A stretch of DNA of 64,000 nt from Callorhinchus milii (taxonomy: Eukaryota): positions 58,034,001 through 58,098,000 of the forward strand of contig NW_024704742.1 of NCBI RefSeq assembly GCF_018977255.1. Reading direction: 5' to 3'. A program made the translations under genes and the position numbers. Shown here piece by piece: positions 37,945 through 49,500 of this stretch (its first letter is position 1; each line of letters opens with the position of its first letter). The notes below the pieces were generated by a model. It was not told the origin of the DNA. It made no database searches and saw only the letters and a program-made list of their open reading frames with translations.

Positions 37945-40900
37945 AAATGCTCCCTATTCTGCAACTCTCCGTTGTGTCCTCCTTTCTCTCCGACCTCCTC
38001 GACTCCTACTCCCACTTGACCATCCAACAGCCTCCTTCTGCTCCAGCCTAGAAATCATCCATCAGGCTCACAGTGGCACTTGCGTTGGCTGTTCAGCAGC
38101 AGCCACACTGACTGCCCCATTCTCCACAATCACTGCAGGCACCGCCAAACCCAGACCCCGGAGCCTAAACTCTCCTCCCTCATCCTCATTCTCACCCTCC
38201 CTGCCAATCAGTCCATCATGCCCTCCCATCTCACACATTCCCCTGGCAACTGTCCCCTCTGCATTGGCCTTCAAAATGTTCGCTCCCTTTCTAACAGGGC
38301 TCTCGTCATCAGCAACATCATCATTGATAAAAACATCGATATCCTGGCCCTCACTGAAACCTGGATCACCCCAGCCGACACTTCCCTCTGATTGAGGCCA
38401 CACCACCTGGCTATACCTTCCACCATACCCCAAGTCCTAACTGCCATGGCGGTAGTGTTGCTCTCATATCCAGGTCCTCACTTCTCTATTCCCCTACTCC
38501 TCCGGCTCATTCCTCTCCTTCCAGCACCTTACCCCCTAACATCCCTTCAATCTTTCTCTCAAAATTCTCCTGATATATCATCCCCCAAACCTTCACACAC
38601 CTTCATCTCTGACATCTCCACCCTCCTAGCTTCCCTCCAACTCTGTTCTGAATGCCTCTTCATCTTAGGCAACTTCAACCTGCACTGCACTCGCTCTTGC
38701 TCTAACTCCACTGACTTCTCATCTCTCAAAACATTTCCCTCAACATCCACTCTGCCACCCACATCCATGGCCACCCACTCAACCTGGTGATTACGTGGGA
38801 CCTCAGTGTCTCGGACCTCACAATTACCGATAAAGCCATCTTAGATCACCATTTCATCTCTCTTAACAGCTTAATCCCTCTCCCCAACACCACCCAGCCC
38901 ATTTCCATCTCCGACTGTTCCTGGAAAAGAATCTGCATGCACTCCCTCTCCGCTATCCTGGAGTTGTCTCAACTCCTCCCCCTATGGCCCAGCTCGTGCA
39001 CTGAGTTATCTTCCTCGGTCACTCTCCTCCACAATTCCATCTCTACCATTCTCAATGCTATTGCCCCCCTCACATCCCGAACCACGCCCTACTCGGGCAT
39101 TCACCCTGGTACACCAGCTACCTTCGCTCACTCAAGGGTCAGGTGCATGCCGCCAAATTCACCTGGCTCAAATGTGATTAACGGTCAACCAGCAGTTGTG
39201 GCTGGACCACATCAAAACTTACAGCTCCGCCCTCGCCTCTGCTAAATCATCCTTCTGGTTCAAATATTCTTGGAGGCCAAGGACAACCCTAGATTTCTCT
39301 TCTCCACTACCAACTGGCTCCTCCATCCACCCTCTCACTCCTCGCCCATCTTCTTACCTCCCAGCTCTAACTCCTCATCCTTTTACTCTCAGACCTCATC
39401 AATCTCTCCGTGTCAAATGGCACTGTTCCCACCCCACTAAAAACAGCTGTCATCATCCCGATCCTAAAAAAAACCTTCCTTGGACCCATCCCTGATCACT
39501 AACTGCAGCCTCATCTCCAACCTCCCTTTCCTTTCCAAAATCCTTGAAAGAGTTGTTGCTTCCCAGCTTTACTCCTTCCTCTCCTGCCATTCCCTTTACA
39601 AACCCCTCCAACCGGGTGTCCGTGCAGCCCATAGCATGGAAACAGCCTTGGTCAAGGTGACAAATGACTCTCTGCCCATCTGTGGATTTCGCCTCTGGTG
39701 GATCTGTCCATCTTGCCTCAGCCAAATTGTCCTTCTACTCCAAGATAATCTTGGAGGCGAAGGATAACCCCAGGCTACTATTCTCCAACATCCACCGACT
39801 CCTTCGTCCACCCTCCCACGCCTCACTCATTCTCTCCTCAAGCTCTGACTGCAAGGAAATGCTGGATTTCCTTGAGTCCAAAATCGAGGAGATCCATTCA
39901 GCTGCCTCCCCGATCCCAACTGCCACTCCCTCCCCATCTCTCCCTCACACTCCAACCCCTCTCTTCATATTTTCGAACCTATTTCCCCCTCCTCTCTCAT
40001 CACCACTACATTTAGCATGAAACACAACACCTGTTCTCTTTATCCCATTCCAACCCTTCTCCTTACTTCCCCGCTCCATCTCCTTGTCCTTCTACTCTCC
40101 GACACCATCAATATCTTCCTATCATCTGGCATTGTTCTCATCCCCCTAAAAACAGTTTCACTTATCCCCTATCAACATGTCTGCTCCCGCCATTCAGCAG
40201 GCTCCGCCCTGCTCCATGTTTCCCACCTGACCCACCCTATCATCAGTGGTCGGACTTCCAGCCTCTCTGCCCCCACTCTTTGGAACTCCATCCCACAATC
40301 CCTATGCCTTACTCACTCCCTTGCCTCCTTCAAGTTATGACTCAAGATCCTCCTTTTCGACTATGTCTTCAGCCGCCCTCTTACCTCTCTGCCCTCCCTC
40401 ACCCTAACCCCCACACTCGGGTCCTGATCCCCTACTCTTCAGCACCTTGGGATGTCCTCCCGATGTGAAAGACGCTTTAAAAATGTTGTTGTTGTTGCTC
40501 TCTGCTGCCTTTGACACTGTGGACCATTCTATCAAGTCCTGGATGACAGCCAACTTTCTACACTTGAATGTCAGCAAGATCGAGGCTCCTCTGATTGGCT
40601 TGTGCCATTGCCTCCAGACCTTAGGCATTCAAGGGTGCACACTCCACCTCACGAAGCCAGTCAGGAAACTTGGCGTCTTGTTCAACCCTCAACTGTACTT
40701 TCTCCCTCACATCCATGTCATGACCAGCTCTCCCTTCTCCACCTCTGCAACATTGCCCAACTCCACCACTGCCTCACCTCTCAGGCCGCCAAAACCCTCA
40801 TACATGCATTCATTACATCCAGGCTCGACTATCCCGATGCCCTGCTTGTCAGCCTTCCAAACTCTTTACTCCACAAGCTGCAGATCATCCAGAACGCTGC

Positions 40901-41128
40901 AGCTCATGTCCTCCCCCGCACCAGGCTCCGTGATCCCATCAACACTACCCTCACCCAGCTCCACTGGCTCTGTATCCCAAGAGAATTAAGATCAAAATTC
41001 TCATCCTCACCTTAAAGGCCCTCTATGGTCTTGCCCCCTCCTACCTCTCGGACCTGCTTACCCATTGTCAACCTGTCTGCTCCCACCACTCAGCAGACTC
41101 TAGCCTTCTCCACATCCACCGCCCAGCC
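37945..41128 (+). mobile_element. Rearranged composite of L2 pieces (5' region/APE, RT fragments, tail at ~40440-40497, further 3' fragment)
   Basis: [55 protein letters not shown]. Confidence 0.88.
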
Positions 41129-41129
41129 T

Positions 41130-42425
41130 GGAATTTCTAATTATAAGTGGGATACATGGAACTCTGAGTTTGCTTAAGATACTGTTAAGAATGGCAATGG
41201 CTTTCCACATGTCAGACACCTGGATAATCTACAGCTTTTGTAGATAAGGGTTGGAGAATCCATTGAGCAGGGTGTTAGCATAGTCAAGCGTGGATGTGAT
41301 GAAAATGTGGGTGAGGGACTCTGTAACCTGGGGAGAAATAGTTGCAGTGGTGGGTAATGTAACATAGGTGAGGGAAAGCTGAGGGAGTAAAAGCACAGTA
41401 TTGCTTATTCGCAATATTTCTTCAAAACTGTGGGATGAAATTCCTCAATTTTGTGCCCCACTCAGATAAATCTGAGTTTCTCCTGACATGAAAGGGCACT
41501 ATATCAAATTCAAGGATTATTACTATTTATCATATATAGCTGACTCAGGTGCCTACAAAACATAAATCCTGCATGTGACAGTAATTATTGTAAAGCATTT
41601 TGAGACAATTTAACCTTATAATAATATTCCTTGCATTTGATATGGTGCTATCTCACTTCTTCAAAACGCCTCGAAGCGCTTCACAGAATATACTGTAAAG
41701 TGAATTGACTGCATATTTTGTGTATGAAATGCGGCAGCTAAATGCTCACAGCAGTGTCCCCACAGTCATGAATTTGGTGACTTTTTTTTGAAGGCATTAT
41801 TACCACTAGTAAAGCGATCCCCAATCGACTAACATCTGGGTTCCTACTTACTGCTAGGTAAACAGAGGCTGGTTAAGACCTCAGATTGTTCTGAACTCTG
41901 ATTGTGCTGAAGTGTGGCAAAAAATTGAGGAATTTCTTCCCCAGTTTTGAAGAAACATTGGGAATATTTTATATCCTTCATTATATCTCAGAAATGGGTT
42001 GAACTCTGAAGAAACAAGCAGGTTATAGAAAATTACTTTATGAAAAGTAATTCTTTTTTTCAGAAAATTTATAGATGTACAATGCAATCATTGATATGTG
42101 GTCACACGATAAGCAATACTATACTTTTACTCCCTCAGCTTTCCCTCATCTCCGTAACATTGCCCGCCTCCACCACTACCTCTCCCCAGGTTACAGAGTC
42201 CCTCATCCACATTTTCACGATGTCCAGGCTTAACTATGCTAACACCCTGCTCACTGGACTCTCCAATTCTTATCTACAAATGTTGTAGACTATCCAGAAT
42301 CCAAAATTGAGAAGGATATTTTGGTCATCCAGGTGTTTGACATGTGAAAACCCATCACCATGCTTAACAGTATCTAAACCAAACTGAGAGTTCCATGTAT
42401 CCCACTTATAATTTGAAATTCCCGA
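41130..42425. repeat. Inverted duplication of a ~290-320 bp chimeric segment (41130-41412 vs 42107-42425)
   Basis: Both arms carry the same L2 fragment fused to the LINE 3'-UTR segment; ORF track shows ISNTVLLLPQLSL (-) and ISNTILLLPQLSL (+). Confidence 0.85.
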
Positions 42426-42926
42426 GATATTTATTGAAATTAGATATTTATTAGAATGCATTGGGGTACTGCTGGAGTCCAACCAGCTAAAACCGTATAG
42501 ATTGCTATTGATAACACTGTCTAGTGAGTTTTCCTGCTGCTTGTCCAGCTAGGACCACCCTAGCTATTATGGCTTTCGCTTGCAGGGGTAACGGGATCTG
42601 ACTGGGAAAAGTTCCTGTCCACAGTCTCTGGTCTACCCTTCCAAGTCCTGCCTTCATCACCAGTGCCCTGGAGTAACTATACACTTAGCTAGTTTAGGAA
42701 CTGGATTACTGAGTCTGCCAGAGAGAGTTGGCTCAATTCTGACATTCAGTTGCAAACATTACAGCAAGCTCAGCTCTAAGAGGACCCCACCTACCTACAC
42801 CCAAGGAGGTTAGTCAAACAAATTGGGAGAGGGAATTCGATTCGAAATCCGAAGCTAAATCGTGATTTAAAAATGTTAACATATTTTGGAATCAGTAAGC
42901 AAGATAGCTTCTAATATAATGGTTGC

Positions 42927-42932
42927 TTTATT
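42927..42932 (-). terminator. Candidate polyadenylation signal (AATAAA) for paralog 2
   Basis: AATAAA on the minus strand ~570 nt past the stop codon; not verified by transcript data. Confidence 0.3.
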
Positions 42933-43497
42933 CATGAATATAATTATTGATACATTAGAAAGAGCAAACATTCACACTAATTGAGACCAATCCTATTATG
43001 GACAAGGAGACAGTGCAGATAATTGGACATTACACAAAAAGGCTACAGTCTAACTTTCTGTCTGTTTCCATCTCTCTTTAACTTTCGAAGTCAATGACTA
43101 TCTCTAATCCTACACTTTACCTTTGCAATACCATAAAAAAGATTGTGTGCATGTGCAAAGTGAGGGTGAGCAGGGACTCGATTTGTCCACACTGTGCAGA
43201 TCAATCACCTCCCCAGTGACCTTCTGTGCAGCTTTTTTTTAAAGTAAAGTTCAGAAGAAAATGTTTTCTTCTTATCAATTATCTTTGTATTTTTGGTAAA
43301 ACAAAATCTTAAATGATTCATAAATATTGAGTTACATTGTGTAGTGGAAGTTGTTTGAAAGAGCCTTCCTTAAAATACTGTTGGGAATTTGATTTGTTGT
43401 GGATTTAAATGTGTTGCCCTTCTTTTTAAATGTTTTCCCACCTCCCTCCCATTTTCTGAGGCGAATTGCCTATAAATTGCAGCACTTTAAGCAATGT

Positions 43498-43591
43498 TCA
43501 GACAGCATCCACTTTGATGGTCAACCTTTCCTTCTGAGCAATCTCGTTCCTTTCTGCCATGGTAATGATTTGATTCTTATTGGTTTTACAC
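43498..43591 (-). CDS. SLC22A5: Paralog 2 exon 10 (94 nt coding, stop TGA)
   Basis: tttcag|[30 protein letters not shown]; phase matches exon 9. Confidence 0.8.
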
Positions 43592-46500
43592 CTGAAACAA
43601 CAGCAGGAAAATCAAACATAGACGAAAGCTTCAATTTGATTCATTTTATGTGTCAGCCTGACTCCTATGGGAATCACCCAAGTTAAATCAGTGACGGTGA
43701 AGAGCTCAGTTCAATAAAAAGGTATTAAAGGGTTCATTTTGGACAAGGTATCAAACAACAAAGGCTTGTAGGTATCTGATCTGAGGAATCTTTGTTCTAT
43801 CAGATCTTAAGTAAAAAACTCCCAAACAGTGCACATGGGGCACTCACACAAGGCCAATCTTTTGAAACAACACAGTGAATGGGATTATTTGTCTCTTTAG
43901 TGACAGCAGACTAAAGAGGACTCTCCTACCCAGATTTTTGGAGCTGAGAAAATAATCATTACAACAACAATAATAATAATCCTTATATTTGATTTAGCAC
44001 TTATCATGTTGTTGAGATGTCTCAAAGCGCTTCACAGGATATTTTGTAAAGTGGTGTGACTGCATATTTTGTGGGTGAATGCAGCAGTCAATCAGCACAT
44101 GATTTGCACATGAATCATCAGAGGTGCAATGCTTTGGATGACGCATTAAAGCAAGGTCCCATCTGCCTGTTCAGGTGAATATTAAGATACCAAGGTACTA
44201 TTCGAAAAGAGATGAGAGTTTCTTCTGGTGTCACTGGCCAATAATATCTTTAATAACATTGTTCATTCACTCCATGGTTGTTTGTGGGACATTGCACAAA
44301 TTGGCTGCCAAATTCATTTACAAATTACTGTTAATACACTTTACAGGATATCTTGTACGGCAGTTTGAGATGTCCTCCCGACATTGAAAGGCACTATCTC
44401 AAATGTGAGGATTATTGTTAATATTTGTCCTGTTCATCAAGCGCTCCCAGCTCAGAAAAAAACACAACCAGAAGCAACGTAAACTCTATACCAGGCCACC
44501 AATGTGTCTTTGAAAAGATTCTCCTATTAAATCAATGCATATTTCTCCATTCACCACACTAATAATTTTTGTAGTATTTCTGAATAAAATATCTGATTTA
44601 ATGCCACATTTAATTTTGTGCAAACCCAACAGAAAATATCTTTAAATTATTCAAACCCCTTTCAAATAGGGCCTTTTCACCTTCTAGAGAAAAAAATATT
44701 ACACTGACACCTTATTAATTTGGGGGCTCTTTGGAGCTAATCCAGCAGTGAAAAACATGTGGGAGGGGTGGTTACATTCTACATGTGTTCACTTTAACTT
44801 CATGTTTGCTACATGTCACATGCTACTTCACTGGCACGACCTGGTCCATCCATCAGAAAAGCATTCCATTATGTTCACCCAAATGAAAGCTAAAGCAAAA
44901 TCAGTTAGAAAAAAGAAAGTTGGGAAGAGCTAAAGAAAGCATGGATGCCCCACACAGAAAATAAACCATATTTCCTAAACCATAGACTTACCATCTAACT
45001 GGCTGTGACTGCTGAACAGTGTCCGGAAGAGATCCATCACGTGTTTCAGGTAAGATTAAACAGACAACTCCAGCTACTATTGTAAAGAATCCCATTAGCA
45101 TGAAGGGCAACACCTTGTTATACGTTCCTATCAAACAGAAAGAGACAGTATTACAAGGAACTGGGTTTTATAAAATTCTGCTATCTAAACACTAATAAAG
45201 CACTCATATAAAAAAAATGAAATGCATTTTTGAATTTGGATTAAAAATTCAAATATTTTGAGACATTTTAAAATATACTAATGTATTTAATATGTGCAGA
45301 AGAATCTTATTAAGCACTTCCAAGTATTCACAGTGGGACTCTATTCCTAACTAGATAAAGACCTACTCTAAATAGACAAACTCCTCTCACCTTATTTTAT
45401 CATCTAAGCACAGAGGTAAATAAGTCCTTGCTTCTCTTATCATAGGTTCACTCTGTGCCATATTTATTCCATACATTATCTATGACACCATGGTCTACAA
45501 ATCGTTCGACATGAGTCAATATCACATGTCGGCTGACACACCAATCTAGTGCTGGGGGGATACTACATTGTTTGAGGTGTTTTTCGGAAGTGATGTTAAA
45601 CAAAGATCGCTTTCAGGTGGACACTAAAGATCTCATGACACTATTTAAACAGAGAAGGGAATTCCCTCTGGTGTCCTGGTCAACAACCCCCCAGTTAAAA
45701 TGACCAAGTAGTGTAACTCAGTGGTTAGACCAGTCGCCTCGCAAGTGAGAGACTTGGGTTTGATTCTCGGCAGGGCAAAATGTTGGGCAACAACAACAAC
45801 AATAAAATTACATTTATAGACCGCCTTTTACGTCAGGAGGATGTCCCAAAGCCCTGAACAGTCAGATGTTGGGGCCCAAGCATGGGGGAGAGGTGGTGTG
45901 AGGGTGAGGGAAGGCAGAGAGGTGGGAGGGAGACCAAAGGCACAATCGAAGAGTAGGGTCTTGAGACCGGCCTTGAAGGTGGCAAGGGAGGAGGCAAGGC
46001 AAAGGGACTATGGGATGGAGTTCCAGGGTGTGGGGGCTGAGAGGTTGGAAGCCCGGCCACCGATGGTCAGGCGGGTCAGGCGGGAGACAATGGAGCCTGA
46101 TGAGGATGGGTGTCATGGGTGTGTAGAACATAGCCTCAGGAGAGGATACACGCTGAGAGTTTTGAATGATTTGAAGCTGAAGTAGAATGGAACTCTAGTG
46201 AAGAGATCACTGAAGTCTAACCTCGAAGTATATTTAAATAGAGAAGGGAGTTCTCTCCAGTGGAGTCTAGTGGAGTCGTGTGGAGTCCTGTAGCTCAGTG
46301 GTTAGAGCACTCGCTTTGCAAGCGAGAGACCTGAGTTCAATTCCAGGCAGGGCGAAACCTTGGGCAAGTTTCCTTACTCCACACGCCTAATAATAATCCC
46401 TCCAAAACCAAAAACAATAATAAAATTGGTCATTTTCAATCTACGACTGTTTGTGGGACATTGCTGTGCGCAATTGGCTGCCGCGTTCGCCCACAAATAT

Positions 46501-49500
46501 ACAGTCAATTCACTTTACAGTGTGTTCTGTGAAGCGCTTTGGGACATCCTCCCGACGTGAAAAGCGCTATATCAAATGCAAGGATTATTATTATTATTAT
46601 TATTAGTGTCCTTAGGGAACAAAGGTATGGAAAAAGAAAAAAGCAATTTTTATCAAATAATCAATATGAGGTATGATGCAGAGCTGAAGGTCAAATAGAA
46701 CATCAAGGTTGCACACTGGAATGAGTATTTCGGAGATCCCACTGTGATGTAAAAATAGCAGAAAATAAAAGTGTCCTTATCCCAATTTGTCTCAATATTG
46801 CAATAATCTGATAGGTGTACATAAATAATAGAAAGCTGCTTTGAAATAATTACTGTAAGGTTTTCAAAACCTTACCAACTGTGAAACAACATGTTGGTAA
46901 CTTCTTACTTACCAAGATAAGTTAAATATGGGGAGAATATGGCACCAACTCTAGATGCCATAATACATGCCCCAACCCCCATGTTTCTCACCACAGTTGG
47001 ATAGAGCTCCATTGAGTAAATATAAACTATATTGAAGGCTGTTGTAATGGCACATTTACCAACCATTGCCAGAAGCATGGTAACCATGGGCAAACCTGTG
47101 AAATTCAAATAAAAACAATTAATCCATTCTTATATTTTACCCTCATTGTAGTATTATTTACTGGACCCTGGAGTCAGCTTATCTATTGAACCTTGGAACC
47201 CAGCTGACTTGTGCCACTCAGGAATCAGATCATCATGTCTTCACATATTGTGATTCAGATCGGGCTTTGAACTAACACAGCCTAAGCTGGCACTCCAATG
47301 CAGTGCTGGGAGTGTGTTACATTGTCGGAGGTGCCATCCTTCGGATGAGACATTATTTGCCTACAAATATACAATCACTCCGCATCACAGTAAATCCTGC
47401 CAAGTGCTTTGAGACGTGATAAGGCGCTATGTCAAACGCAAGGATTATTTATTATTATTATTTGTTTTCAAATAGTTAATCATCACAAAACAAAATATGA
47501 TTTATCAGAGTTATCAGGATTAAAGTATTCTAGAGACATGTCTCCCTCTTCCTAGTAGGGTTTCCTTCCTTTCTTCAGATGATACATTAAGCAAACCATC
47601 TCCCTGTTCAGGTACCCATAAGAGGTCCTATGGCACTATTCGAAAGGAGCAGGGAATTTCTCCTGGCGGAGATTTCTCCTGGCCAGCAAATATAATGAGT
47701 TAATCACTTCATGGCTGTTTGTGCTGTGTACAAATTAGCTCTTGTATTCTTCTACAACATACACAGTTACTACACTATGCAATATATCATGTGAAGTGCT
47801 TTGACATCCTCCCAATGTCCTCCCAACATGAAGGGTTCTACATCAAATGCAAGGTTTATGCATTTGCAAGGATTATGCAAGGATCGTGGAGTCCTGTAGC
47901 TCAGCGGTTAGAGCACTGGCTTTGCAAGTGAGAAACTTGGCTTTGATTCCCGGCAGGGCAAAACGTTGAGCAAGTTTTATTACTCCACACGCCTCTGTTT
48001 ACCTGGCAGTAAACGGGAACCTGGTTGTCAGTAAATTGGCGGATTGCTTTTTTGGGGTTAATAATTCCTTTAAAAAAATAATAAATTGGTCACTCAATCC
48101 ACAACTGTTTGTGGGATACTGCTGTATGCAATTGCATGCTATGTTTCACCCACAAAATATACAATCAATTCACTTTACAGTATATTGTGTGAAGCACTTT
48201 GTGATGTCTCGAAGACGTGATAAGGCATTGTGGAGTCCTGTAGCTCAGTGGTTAGAGCACTCGCTTTGCAAGTGAGAGACCTGAGTTCAATTCCAGGCAC
48301 AGGGCGAAACCTTGGGCAAGTTTCCTTACTCCACACACCTAATAATAATCCCTCCAAAACAAAAAACAATAATAAATTGGTCATTTTCAATCTACGACTG
48401 TTTGTGGGACATTGCTGTGCGCAATTGGCTGCCGCGTTCGCCCACAAATATACAGTCAATTCACTTTACAGTGTGTTCTGTGAAGCACTTTGGGATGTCC
48501 TCCTGACATGAAAAGCGCTATATCAAATGCAAGGATTATTATTATTATTATTATATCAAATGAAAGGATTATTATTATTAATAACAATTATTTATTAGTA
48601 GTAATACTGCCAGGATTGATAGCCAATGATCGCCTGTACCCTAGAGCCCAGCTGACCTGTTCCACTCAGGAATCAGATGGACATGCGCTCCTCATATTCT
48701 GATTCAGATCCACTCTCCCTTCACGAAGCATGCCAACATGGAGCCAGCTCAATCCCAATTACATTCCCCACTCTCAGAAATGAATCACAAAAGAGTTAAG
48801 CAATGAAGGTCAATTATCTTCCAAATAAACATTCAAATATCGTTTACTTATCAGTTATTTGTTAAAAATATTCTTATGATCTTATGCAATAGTATTCGAT
48901 GAGAAACAGCAACAACAAAAACAACAACAACAAATTACCCTTGTATCGCACCCTTCACATCATAAAGATGTCCCAGGGCTGTTCATCTGGATTTGCGCTA
49001 GGTGCATTCGGCGGAGCTTTCAGGGAACAGAGATGGTTGGTGTAACAGGGTGGGTTGTGTGAACAGGATGAGGTGCAGGAGATGATGGAAGCAAGCATGT
49101 CAAGGATGGCTGAGAGGGAGTTGATTAGAAGGGTGACCAAGGAGGGTAGGTCATTCCAGGAGGAGGGCCAGACAGGTAGGACCTCAGATGCCTCCAGGGC
49201 CGCGGAGAAGGCATGGAGGGGGATTTTTCTCCACAGGCGATAGGAGATGCACGTGGAGTGGGTGGCAAGGAGGGATGGAGGAGTTAAGGGAGATAAAATA
49301 GTGATCTAAAATGTCTTTGTCAGTGATGGTGACATCAGAGACGGTAAGGCCCCAGGTCATCACCAGGTCTAGATAAGGTGGCCAGGGATGTGAATGGTGG
49401 AGTTGATGTGGAGGGAGAGGTAGTGAGAGGAGAGGAGGGAGGAGAAGTCAGCAGATGTGTAGCAAGAAGGGGTAAATTGGAGGTTAAAATTGCACAAGAT

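Noticed and set aside
46281..46355. tRNA-Ala-like sequence (also at 31435-31507, 48231-48305, 22956-23030) as real tRNA genes
   Set aside because: These are SINE heads running directly into core and L2-type tails; there is no proper acceptor stem or Pol III terminator
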